Shown here: positions 1-8,724 of the stretch, in pieces
Position numbering within the stretch: the stretch's first letter is position 1
Layout of the letters: every line of letters starts with the position of its first letter
Source of the DNA: an uncultured virus (IMG/VR IMGVR_UViG_3300028553_000021)
Taxonomy: Duplodnaviria; Heunggongvirae; Uroviricota; Caudoviricetes
DNA length: 64,000 bases
Direction: 5' to 3' (one strand)
IMG/VR virus record: IMGVR_UViG_3300028553_000021
Program-made: the position numbers and the translations under genes
Notes under the pieces: model-generated
Seen by the model: the letters and a program-made list of their open reading frames with translations, nothing else
What the model was told of the DNA's origin: nothing
The model's database searches: none

Positions 1-440
1 TTTCTTCTTTTGAAAAGAAATGGCAGAAGCATCCATTTCCCCTTACTGGCGTTGAAAAACAAAACCCTCAAAATTGGACTACTGTAGAGAAGAGAGCTCA
101 AGGCTGGCTCAACATTCCTCCACTTGGTATTGCCGTAGAAAGATTGTCGGATGCGGTTAAAAGGCGTAAAGATAAACTGCATTTTGTTCACTTTGAATCC
201 TTGACCAAGGAACCAAAGGAAACGATGGAAGCCGTGTGGAATTATTTGGGACTAGAATCACCTAGCCACGACTTTGATAATGTGGGACAATATACTACAG
301 AACACGAACTCGGATGGCCATATGGCGATCACACTATCCGCAATAAGGTTGAGCCATTGAAAAAAGACTGGGACGAAGTATTGGGAAAAGAATTTTCTCG
401 CCAGATCGCAGAGACCTTTAGGTGGATTAAGGAGCTATAA
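1..440 (+). CDS. Sulfotransferase-family protein, C-terminal part (5' truncated)
   Basis: Frame is open from base 3; 'HFVHFESLTKEPKETMEAVWNYLGL..HDFDNV' resembles the sulfotransferase C-terminal region. Confidence 0.65.
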   Translation, partial: SSFEKKWQKHPFPLTGVEKQNPQNWTTVEKRAQGWLNIPPLGIAVERLSDAVKRRKDKLHFVHFESLTKEPKETMEAVWNYLGLESPSHDFDNVGQYTTEHELGWPYGDHTIRNKVEPLKKDWDEVLGKEFSRQIAETFRWIKEL

Positions 441-571
441 TGCCTTCAACCCCCAAAGAAGAAGACCTCTTGGCCTGCATCAAATATCTTTGCGACGAGG
501 GTTTCATTACTTTGTACCAAGACGAGAATGACGAGTGGTTTGTGAAGATCACAGAAGTTGACAATGTCTGA
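440..571 (+). CDS. Small hypothetical protein (43 aa)
   Basis: ATG overlaps the previous stop (TAATG); MPSTPKEEDLLACIKYLCDEGFITLYQDENDEWFVKITEVDNV translated manually. Confidence 0.55.
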   Translation: MPSTPKEEDLLACIKYLCDEGFITLYQDENDEWFVKITEVDNV

Positions 572-599
572 TTTGTAGAGGATAGATAAGGAGACCTTT

Positions 600-3500
600 A
601 TGGCAGCATTAACCGGACAAACAATTGCCAGCACTTACCCGCAGTTGCTTAAGACTGCTGCCGCTGGTGGCCTATCTGCTTCTCCGACTATAGTCGAGGA
701 CGGCGACGGGACATCGTCAGCTCTTTCCTTAAGCACCGCTGGGGCGTCTGTAGCTGGTACTTTAGCTGCGTCCGGTAACTTCGCGGTCAACACCAATAAA
801 TTTAACGTGGTTGCTTCTTCCGGTAATACCGCCGTTGCTGGCACTTTTGACACCGCCGGTGATTTTAAGGTAAGTGTAAATAAGTTTACGGTCGCGGCTC
901 TGACTGGAAATACTGTTGTTGCTGGAACTCTGAATGTTTCTGGGGCTGCTGGGTTTTCTTCCAATGTGAATGTGCTCGGCTCACTATCTGCTGCGTCACT
1001 CAACCCAACCACTCTCGTTGTTGGTGGGACAGCTTCAGTGGTTGGGAATTTTGATGTAAATAGCACCAAATTTACTGTGGATGCCACCTCGGGTAATACG
1101 ACTGTTGCCGGAACTCTGGGCGTGACTGGAGCTATCACAGGTTCTCTGACAGGTAATGCCAGCACTGCAACCACTCTCGCAACCGCTAGGACAATTGCGA
1201 TTTCTGGCGATATAACTGGAACAGCAACTTCTTTCAACGGCTCCGCCAATATCGCAATCGCTTCGGCAATTACCGCAGGTTCAATTGTTGATGCTGATGT
1301 TAATGCTAGTGCTGGAATTGTAGACACAAAACTAGCCACAATTTCAACCGCTGGAAAAGTTTCGAATGCTGCCACTACTGCTACCTCTGTCAACACTCCG
1401 AGTACGATTGTTCTCCGAGGGGCTTCTGGAGAGTTCGCCTGCGGCCAGATAAATCAGACTAGTTTAAGCAGAGGGGCTGGCAGTATTAGTACGAATACTG
1501 CTGTTGGTCTTGATACTTTGCTCGCCAACACAACTGGAAACAATAACACAGCTACTGGACTCAATGCCCTCCTCTCCAACACAACTGGATCCAGTAACAC
1601 AGCTACTGGGGTCAATGCCCTCCGAGCCAACACAACTGGAATCAACAACACAGCTAGTGGATCTCGAGCCCTCGAAAACAACACAACTGGAGGAAGCAAC
1701 ACAGCTACTGGACTCAATGCCCTCCGAGCCAACACAACTGGAGGAAGCAACACAGCTAGTGGATTTCAAGCCCTATACTCCAACACAACTGGAAACAATA
1801 ACACAGCTACTGGACTCAATGCCCTCCTCTCCAACACAACTGGAGCCAACAACACAGCTAGTGGAGTGGAAGCCCTCCAATCCAACACAACTGGAGGAAG
1901 CAACACAGCTAGTGGACTTCAAGCACTCTACTCCAACACAACTGGAAGCAACAACACAGCTAGTGGATTGGAAGCCCTCAGATTAAACACAACTGGAAAC
2001 AATAACACAGCTACTGGCTTTCAAGCCCTCGAAAACAACACAACTGGAATCAACAACACAGCTACTGGACTCAATGCCCTCCAATCCAACACAACTGGAG
2101 GAAGCAACACAGCTACTGGACTCAATGCCCTCCGAGCCAACACAACTGGAGGAAGCAACACAGCTAGTGGATTTCAAGCCCTATACTCCAACACAACTGG
2201 AAACAATAACACAGCTACTGGACTCAATGCCCTCCTCTCCAACACAACTGGAATCAACAACACAGCTAGTGGATCTCGAGCCCTCGAAAACAACACAACT
2301 GGAAGTTTTAACACAGCTAGTGGAGTGGAAGCCCTCAGATTAAACACAACTGGAGGAAGCAACACAGCTAGTGGACTTCAAGCACTCTACTCCAACACAA
2401 CTGGAAGCAATAACACGGCCTTTGGGTATAGAAGCCTTGACGCCAACACAACTGGAACCAATAACACAGCTAGTGGACTATCAGCCCTCCAATCCAACAC
2501 AACTGGAGGAAGCAACACAGCTAGTGGATTTCAAGCCCTATACTCCAACACAACTGCAAGCAATAACACGGCCTTTGGGTATAGAAGCCTTGACGCCAAC
2601 ACAACTGGAACCAATAACACGGCTATTGGGAGTGAGTCCCTTGGTGCCAACACAACTGGAAACAATAACACAGCTAATGGATATTTTACCCTCACCGCTA
2701 ATACAACTGGAGCCTCTAACACAGCTACAGGAGACAAAGCCCTACAAGGCAACACAACTGGAATTGTTAACACAGCTACTGGGGTCAATGCCCTCCGAGC
2801 CAACACAACTGGGGGCAATAACACAGCTACGGGAGCAAACGCCATGCTCCTTAACACAACTGGGGACTTCAACACAGCGGATGGGGCCAATGCTCTTCGC
2901 CTTAATGTAACTGGGGATTATAACACGGCCATTGGCAATACAGCACTTTACCACAACGGAATCGTTGCCACGGCTGGCAGTTTTGTTATCGGAGTTTCTT
3001 ACACTATCCAGTCTATTGGCACTACTGATTTTACATTAATAGGAGCAGCTTCAAATACTGTTGGAGTTGTTTTCACAGCTACTGGAGTTGGTACCGGTAC
3101 TGGTACTGCTTCTAGTAATACCAGCTATAACACAGCTAGTGGTCACGAAGCCCTTTACAACAATACAACTGGATCCAGTAACGTAGCTAGTGGCGCACTT
3201 GCTCTTAAAGACAATACAACTGGAGGTTCTAATACTGCTACTGGAGTAAGTGTTCTCGAAAATAACACAACTGGATCCAGCAACACGGCTGATGGATATG
3301 GAGCCCTCTACTCAAATACAACTGGAAGTTTTAACACAGCTATCGGACAGCAGGCTGGACAGGGAACTGGAACAAATTCCAATACAACTGGAACAAATAA
3401 TACATTCGTTGGTTATCAGGCAGTAGGTGCAAGCTCAACTGCAAGCAACGTAATAACACTTGGGAATTCTGCTATCAACCTACTGCGCTGTTACGCTCCG

Positions 3501-3824
3501 CTCACAAACCTTTCGGACGGGCGGGACAAGAGTGATGTAAGAGACCTTTCTGCTGGGCTTGATTTTGTTGGCAAACTAAGGCCAGTAAGTTTTGTTTGGG
3601 ATACCAGAGACAAGGCGAAGGTTAATATCCCTGATTCTGGTTTTATTGCACAAGAACTTCTTGAGGCTCAAAAAGAAACTGGGGTTGTTATTCCAAACTT
3701 GGTGAGTCAAGAGAATCCAGAAAAACTTGAGGCTGCATATGGGACATTGATCCCAGTGCTTGTACAGGCCATCAAGGAACTTTCTGCAAAAGTAACCAAA
3801 TTAGAAAACCAGCTGAAAGGATAA
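600..3824 (+). CDS. Tail fibre/spike with 14-aa repeats and C-terminal intramolecular chaperone (peptidase S74-like)
   Basis: AAGGAG RBS; repeated NTTGxxNTAxGxxAL units; C-terminal 'SDGRDKSDVRDL...GFIAQEL...LIPVLVQAIKELSAKV' chaperone signature. Confidence 0.85.
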   Translation: MAALTGQTIASTYPQLLKTAAAGGLSASPTIVEDGDGTSSALSLSTAGASVAGTLAASGNFAVNTNKFNVVASSGNTAVAGTFDTAGDFKVSVNKFTVAALTGNTVVAGTLNVSGAAGFSSNVNVLGSLSAASLNPTTLVVGGTASVVGNFDVNSTKFTVDATSGNTTVAGTLGVTGAITGSLTGNASTATTLATARTIAISGDITGTATSFNGSANIAIASAITAGSIVDADVNASAGIVDTKLATISTAGKVSNAATTATSVNTPSTIVLRGASGEFACGQINQTSLSRGAGSISTNTAVGLDTLLANTTGNNNTATGLNALLSNTTGSSNTATGVNALRANTTGINNTASGSRALENNTTGGSNTATGLNALRANTTGGSNTASGFQALYSNTTGNNNTATGLNALLSNTTGANNTASGVEALQSNTTGGSNTASGLQALYSNTTGSNNTASGLEALRLNTTGNNNTATGFQALENNTTGINNTATGLNALQSNTTGGSNTATGLNALRANTTGGSNTASGFQALYSNTTGNNNTATGLNALLSNTTGINNTASGSRALENNTTGSFNTASGVEALRLNTTGGSNTASGLQALYSNTTGSNNTAFGYRSLDANTTGTNNTASGLSALQSNTTGGSNTASGFQALYSNTTASNNTAFGYRSLDANTTGTNNTAIGSESLGANTTGNNNTANGYFTLTANTTGASNTATGDKALQGNTTGIVNTATGVNALRANTTGGNNTATGANAMLLNTTGDFNTADGANALRLNVTGDYNTAIGNTALYHNGIVATAGSFVIGVSYTIQSIGTTDFTLIGAASNTVGVVFTATGVGTGTGTASSNTSYNTASGHEALYNNTTGSSNVASGALALKDNTTGGSNTATGVSVLENNTTGSSNTADGYGALYSNTTGSFNTAIGQQAGQGTGTNSNTTGTNNTFVGYQAVGASSTASNVITLGNSAINLLRCYAPLTNLSDGRDKSDVRDLSAGLDFVGKLRPVSFVWDTRDKAKVNIPDSGFIAQELLEAQKETGVVIPNLVSQENPEKLEAAYGTLIPVLVQAIKELSAKVTKLENQLKG
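1490..3420 (+). repeat. In-frame 42-bp tandem repeat array (AACACAACTGGA...AACACAGCTA)
   Basis: Visible in DNA and protein; interrupted once near 2955-3120. Confidence 0.95.
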
Positions 3825-3828
3825 ATAT

Positions 3829-4089
3829 ATGGAAACAGAAATATCAGAAGACAGTATTTCGCCAGCGCAACACTATAAGTCCGCGCTAGATTCGGCCGGT
3901 TTAATTAATCGCTACGTAAACCAAGATCTTCTCGAGGGTCAAACCCTTGAAGAAAAAAGAGATGCCATTACGAGAAACGTGGGTCATCTTCGTATTATCC
4001 TTGAACGAGTTGATTGGACAGATGCCGAAGACATTAGCGTTCTTGAAGATGCTGTCGCGGCTGGTGACGAGTGGCTGGCCGACAATTAA
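3829..4089 (+). CDS. Small acidic protein, possible tail-fibre accessory
   Basis: Directly follows the fibre gene; function inferred from position only. Confidence 0.6.
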   Translation: METEISEDSISPAQHYKSALDSAGLINRYVNQDLLEGQTLEEKRDAITRNVGHLRIILERVDWTDAEDISVLEDAVAAGDEWLADN

Positions 4090-4124
4090 TTAATAAAGAC
4101 ATCCCTTTATTGGTTTTTCGTACA

Positions 4125-4322
4125 ATGGCCCCTAAAGATAACGAAAGGCTGGCTCGTATCGAAACGAAGCTCGATACTGCTCTATCTCATTTAGGAGACC
4201 ACGAAGGTCGTATTCGGTCGGTTGAGAAGGCTTGGTGGAAACAGTCAGCTATATTTGGTGCTCTTATTGCCTGCGTATCTTGGTTTGGTCCTGTTCTGAG
4301 GAAACATCTTTTTGGTTCGTAA
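4125..4322 (+). CDS. Small coiled-coil plus single-TM protein (XhlA/holin-like)
   Basis: 'ERLARIETKLD..DHEGRIRSVEK' followed by a hydrophobic helix; first gene of the lysis cassette; ATG 4125 chosen as start. Confidence 0.6.
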   Translation: MAPKDNERLARIETKLDTALSHLGDHEGRIRSVEKAWWKQSAIFGALIACVSWFGPVLRKHLFGS

Positions 4323-4350
4323 TTATTACGCATGGAGCTATATTAAGCCC

Positions 4351-4737
4351 ATGAAACTATTAATCCTCCCGTTACTGCTGTTGGCAGGTTGCTCGACAAT
4401 TAAACCCAAGGGCTCGCCTGAGTTTGGTGGGGTTACTCGCAAGGTCGATGCCGTCGAACAGGCAGTCAACTCTGGGAATCTGCCCGCCATCAAGAAAGAG
4501 TTCGGCAGTCTAAAGTCTCAACTCTCTTCCGCTCAAGCTGCCTGTGAAGCTCAAGCGGGGGACTACGAACGGATGACTAAAGAAGCCAACGACTGGAAAG
4601 CCAAGCAAAGAAAAGCCTTGAAGGAACTGTGGATATACCGAGGTGCCCTTATCGCTTTAGGGCTATGGATCTTTAGGGGCTTCATCTTCGGGGGTATCAT
4701 GTTCGTGGCTAGGAAGTTTGTAGGGATTCCTTGGTGA
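4351..4737 (+). CDS. Lipoprotein with C-terminal TM, candidate unimolecular spanin
   Basis: Lipobox MKLLILPLLLLAGC, helical middle, hydrophobic C-terminus; lysis context. Confidence 0.65.
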   Translation: MKLLILPLLLLAGCSTIKPKGSPEFGGVTRKVDAVEQAVNSGNLPAIKKEFGSLKSQLSSAQAACEAQAGDYERMTKEANDWKAKQRKALKELWIYRGALIALGLWIFRGFIFGGIMFVARKFVGIPW

Positions 4738-5078
4738 ACTTCCTTAAGACCAACGTACAGGGCCTAATAGCCCTTTTGGGTGCTCTTGGTCTGTTCTTTG
4801 GGCTAGGACCCCTCCTTCGGCATATCGACCCCACAGCGGGGATTATAGACATCGGAGCCCTACATTTACTGGTGTTTGGGTCAGTCAAATTTCTACTAGG
4901 GGTATTCATGGTGTGGCTCGTCGTCGCTTTCGATTGGAAGCCCTTCGACAAGTATCTGGACACCGAGGCGTTTGCCGACGACTTCCGCATCCTACACCCC
5001 GAGACGAAAGCTAAGCTACTGGTCTATCTCTTCATCGGGCTTTTGATTACATTCGCTCTGTGTACCAGAGGCTCTTAA
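4731..5078 (+). CDS. Three-TM membrane protein, candidate holin
   Basis: Three hydrophobic segments; immediately upstream of the endolysin. Confidence 0.6.
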   Translation: MVNFLKTNVQGLIALLGALGLFFGLGPLLRHIDPTAGIIDIGALHLLVFGSVKFLLGVFMVWLVVAFDWKPFDKYLDTEAFADDFRILHPETKAKLLVYLFIGLLITFALCTRGS

Positions 5079-5617
5079 ATGTTCTATTCCCTCAAGAGAC
5101 TATTCTTGCGGTGCTTCTTTTCTTCGCAGGATCTGGAGTGGGAAATTCTAATCCGAAAGATCCTCGACCCGAAAAGATCATTGGATTCGCAAGAACCACT
5201 ATTGGGATCAAAGAAGCCACAGGCAAAAACGACGGGGAGGACGTCGAAGAAATCCTCAAAAGCGTCGGGCTCGGAGGGTCGGGCGCCCCGTGGTGCGCAG
5301 CCTACGTCGTCTGGGTTGGAGACTCTGCCCTCGGGAGAGATCGTAATCCCTACCCGAGAAGTGCGTGGTCGCCTGATTTCGTCAAAAAACCGAACTGGGA
5401 TCGAGGGCGTGGTCGATTACCCACCGAGGCAGATACCTTCGGGATCTATTTTCAAAGTCTTAAAAGAGTGGGGCACACGGGATTAATCGAGAGGGTATCC
5501 GGCGATTTTGCCATAACGATTGAGGGCAACACCAATAACGGGGGCAGCAGAGACGGAGATGGCGTATATCGACGCCGGCGTCTCTTGGATTCCCTGTTAG
5601 CAAAGGATTGGTTATGA
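5060..5617 (+). CDS. CHAP-type endolysin
   Basis: 'PWCAAYV', 'GHTGLI' and 'TIEGNT' CHAP motifs; hydrophobic N-terminal segment. Confidence 0.85.
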   Translation: MYQRLLNVLFPQETILAVLLFFAGSGVGNSNPKDPRPEKIIGFARTTIGIKEATGKNDGEDVEEILKSVGLGGSGAPWCAAYVVWVGDSALGRDRNPYPRSAWSPDFVKKPNWDRGRGRLPTEADTFGIYFQSLKRVGHTGLIERVSGDFAITIEGNTNNGGSRDGDGVYRRRRLLDSLLAKDWL

Positions 5618-6024
5618 GTTTAAGAATCGGTGCCGTAGGAGTGCAACGAGTTTCGGCCAAGCTATTGGAACATGGTTTCCTAGTTAGCCTTCCGGTATTT
5701 GATTCTGGGTATGACTTGGTATCGGATTGGGGTGGTAAACTCCACCGTATCCAAGTGAAGTCCACCATCGGGAACGAAGATCAACGTAGGAGGAAGATCA
5801 AGTTCTTAGCGGTTAAGGGTCCTGGGTATGGGTGGGCGTCCAAGATGCACGGGCATAGAGCTAAGAGTATCTATAGCCGAAGCGATTGTGATACCTTCAT
5901 ATTTTATCATATAGGCCAAGACGCATTATTTGTAATGCCTCGGAGTAAGATGCCCAAGACCAAGTCTATCTATTTGGAACCCAATTCGAAATGGCGCGAT
6001 AACTGGGCTGTTATCAAAGACTAG
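5614..6024 (+). CDS. Free-standing PD-(D/E)XK endonuclease (homing-endonuclease-like)
   Basis: 'GYDLVSD...RIQVKS' PD-(D/E)XK-type motif. Confidence 0.75.
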   Translation: MSLRIGAVGVQRVSAKLLEHGFLVSLPVFDSGYDLVSDWGGKLHRIQVKSTIGNEDQRRRKIKFLAVKGPGYGWASKMHGHRAKSIYSRSDCDTFIFYHIGQDALFVMPRSKMPKTKSIYLEPNSKWRDNWAVIKD

Positions 6025-6053
6025 TTGCCCAGCAAGGTCAAATCAGTTAGATA
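6025..6053 (+). promoter_or_regulatory. Promoter-like TTGCCC-N17-TAGATA
   Basis: Intergenic; same architecture recurs at 8689, 16316, 27087 and 56055. Confidence 0.5.
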
Positions 6054-6059
6054 TATTTT

Positions 6060-8549
6060 ATGCCCATCGCTGACTCTACGTTAATCCTTGAAGGTCAACA
6101 GGATTTTTCGGGTGGGATGGATTCGAGCCTTTCCCCTACTCTGATCAACGGGAACTCTGTAGCTACAGCAGTTAACCTTACGTTCCGTGGTGGCCGCCCT
6201 AGCAGTCGTCCCGGTTTTCGCCAAGTTTCTTTGGTTAGCGGAACCAACTCAGGTTTAGATATTTTCACAACCCAATATTTCCAAGGTTCCGCCTTTTACC
6301 TAGAGCGTCGTCAGAATTTCAACTCCTGTATCCTCGGAGTCTTCGGTGGTAACGTTATTAAGATTGATCTCGGCAATTACCAAGTTAGTCGAGTATATCC
6401 TCTGGACGGCTCGGGAAATCCCGTGGTAGCGGCTGCCCTAGATCCTTTTGAGAAGTGCTATTTTGTTCAGGCAGAAAAGTACATGATCATCCAGAACGGA
6501 AAAAACGTAGCGTTGATTTGGGATGGAGATAATTTGTATCGCTCTGGAGTTGGCCCCGCTGGTTCCGCAGGAGCAGCCTCACAGCTTCACACCATCGACC
6601 CCGGAACCATCATGGCCTACGGACAAGGTCGTCTTTTTGTGGCCTCCCCAGACAGAACTGAAATTACGGCAGGCGATCTCGTGTATGGTGGCAGTACTGA
6701 ACAGGTTACTATAACTTCTGGAACAGCTACAACAGCGACTTCTGCTACTTACACTTTCACTACAGTAGGTAATCATGGTTTTGTTTTAGGGGACGTTATC
6801 TCGGTTTACGGTCATTCCTCTAGTAACGGAGCTAACGGAACTTGGACTTGTGCAACTGGGACAACTGGGTCGACCCTTGTGATTAACTTGGCGAATGCAA
6901 CCGGAACAGTTGCGACTGGGACAGGCGGTTATGCGGCTAAAGCAAATGTTGGAAAAGAATCGGATCTGCTTCGTTTTACCGAGACAACTTATTTAGCCGA
7001 AGGCGGTGCCCTCCAAGTTCCGTCTTTCAACGGCAGAATCAACGCCATGATCTTTATGCCCGTGCAAGACACTTCGACCGGTCAAGGAGATCTTCTTGTG
7101 TTCTGCGATCGCGGCATCGCATCTTTCGCAGTTTCCACCCCTAGGGACCAATGGAAGTCAGTAGCTGCTTTCCAACGGGTTGTATTTCAATCGATCGGAG
7201 CTACTGGTCCTACTTGTTTAGCGACTGACAACGGAGACGTTTTCTTCCGCTCGTTCGACGGCTTGCGATCGTATCGTAATGCCAGAGCGGAAATCAACAG
7301 CTTCGGGCAAGTACCGATATCTGCCGAAATGAATTCAGTTTTGAACTACGACACAAAGAGTCTTTTGACCGAAGTCAGCGCGATTACATTTGATAACCGT
7401 CTTTTATTTACCGCATCCCCAAGTATTGATTATTCTGGGCTTAACCCCACGGTCGCAACGAAACAGCCAGTCACATTTTCTAAGATTGTAGCTCTTGATT
7501 TCACTACTCTATCCACGGTTGGGGCCAAAAGATCGGCTAGCTACGACGGAATGTGGGGTGGCCTCAATGTGTTACAGCTTGTTTCAGGTTTGGTTAACGG
7601 CCGTCCAGAGGCTTTTGCGTTTGCCTACGATTTCACAAATGAGAGGTTAAATGTACTGTGGAAACTTACCACCGACGCCCCATTTGATCACCCCTTGTCC
7701 ACAGGTGCCCAAAGAATTCAATCAATCTTGGAGACGAGAGCGTATTCTTTTGGTACACCGTCCGAGCAGAAGAAAATGATTCGTGCCGACTTTTGGTTAT
7801 CTGATATTCTCGATCGTGTAGATGTCAATGTCTATTGGAGACCAGACCAGTACCCTTGCTGGAGAAGCTGGCACTCTTTTTCCAGATGTGCCACTGTGGA
7901 TACTTGCATCAATCCAGGAGTCTTATTTACAGTCAACAATAATGAAACCTCCACACTTTGTTTCTCCTCCTCCAGTCCGTCTTCTTTTTTCTACAAGCTC
8001 GGAAAAGACGGAGTCTTTACTGGGCCAATCCAATACGCGATTTCGGATGACCCTGTTTCTCAAGCCAACGAGATCAAGAACGCCCTTATAGCCGCAGGTT
8101 TCACAGTTAACCTTGTCGTCCGTACCGGTACTTTTCCTAACTACTGTTTTACCATTGGTATCGGGGACCTGCCTAATTGGGAAGAGTACACGTTAGTTCC
8201 TCAAAATTGGTGGGAAAATGTGACAGTAGCGTGGGAAGCTCCTTATATCCCGAGTTCCCCCGCTGTCTTCGGCTTAGATTTGACTTTTCTCCCTGTCAAA
8301 TTAGCTGGGGATTCTTCTTGTTTGAGTAACTTTACAGTCAAAAACTTACAACCCCAGTACCGACCTCAGATTCGCATGCCGACTCCTCCGGAGGTTACAG
8401 ACCCAATTATTTCTCGTCCCTTTACCTACGGTAACGATTTTCAGCTAAGGCTAGAGTTTACTGGTCACTTCGAACTTAACCGAATCCTGATGCTGGGGCA
8501 AAGAATTTTGGAACAGTACCAAGGTACCGATACTTTGGAGGTCCTATAA
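6060..8549 (+). CDS. Tail nozzle/tubular protein B-like (P22 gp10 / T7 gp12 analogue)
   Basis: N-terminal 'DFSGGMDS', about 830 aa, beta-rich, position in the podovirus tail block. Confidence 0.7.
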   Translation: MPIADSTLILEGQQDFSGGMDSSLSPTLINGNSVATAVNLTFRGGRPSSRPGFRQVSLVSGTNSGLDIFTTQYFQGSAFYLERRQNFNSCILGVFGGNVIKIDLGNYQVSRVYPLDGSGNPVVAAALDPFEKCYFVQAEKYMIIQNGKNVALIWDGDNLYRSGVGPAGSAGAASQLHTIDPGTIMAYGQGRLFVASPDRTEITAGDLVYGGSTEQVTITSGTATTATSATYTFTTVGNHGFVLGDVISVYGHSSSNGANGTWTCATGTTGSTLVINLANATGTVATGTGGYAAKANVGKESDLLRFTETTYLAEGGALQVPSFNGRINAMIFMPVQDTSTGQGDLLVFCDRGIASFAVSTPRDQWKSVAAFQRVVFQSIGATGPTCLATDNGDVFFRSFDGLRSYRNARAEINSFGQVPISAEMNSVLNYDTKSLLTEVSAITFDNRLLFTASPSIDYSGLNPTVATKQPVTFSKIVALDFTTLSTVGAKRSASYDGMWGGLNVLQLVSGLVNGRPEAFAFAYDFTNERLNVLWKLTTDAPFDHPLSTGAQRIQSILETRAYSFGTPSEQKKMIRADFWLSDILDRVDVNVYWRPDQYPCWRSWHSFSRCATVDTCINPGVLFTVNNNETSTLCFSSSSPSSFFYKLGKDGVFTGPIQYAISDDPVSQANEIKNALIAAGFTVNLVVRTGTFPNYCFTIGIGDLPNWEEYTLVPQNWWENVTVAWEAPYIPSSPAVFGLDLTFLPVKLAGDSSCLSNFTVKNLQPQYRPQIRMPTPPEVTDPIISRPFTYGNDFQLRLEFTGHFELNRILMLGQRILEQYQGTDTLEVL

Positions 8550-8692
8550 TGCCCGAAGATGTATCCTCATGTTTTGAGTTAGAGTGCTGCCCACCCGGGT
8601 ATAATGTCCTCGACATCCCCACCTCAGCAGCAATTTTGACAGAAAGCAATTTATCTATTTTAACGGAAGACGATATTGTCTTATTGACTTGA
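8549..8692 (+). CDS. Small virion-type protein (47 aa) with ILTE repeats
   Basis: Coupled by TAATG, GGAGG RBS; MPEDVSSCFELECCPPGYNVLDIPTSAAILTESNLSILTEDDIVLLT. Confidence 0.6.
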   Translation: MPEDVSSCFELECCPPGYNVLDIPTSAAILTESNLSILTEDDIVLLT

Positions 8693-8724
8693 CTTGAAGC
8701 AACTTCTTTTGGATATAGATTTCA

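Noticed and set aside
1454..2954. Repetitive alternative-frame ORFs (PTQLE..., VASSSC...)
   Set aside because: Shadows of the 42-bp tail-fibre repeat
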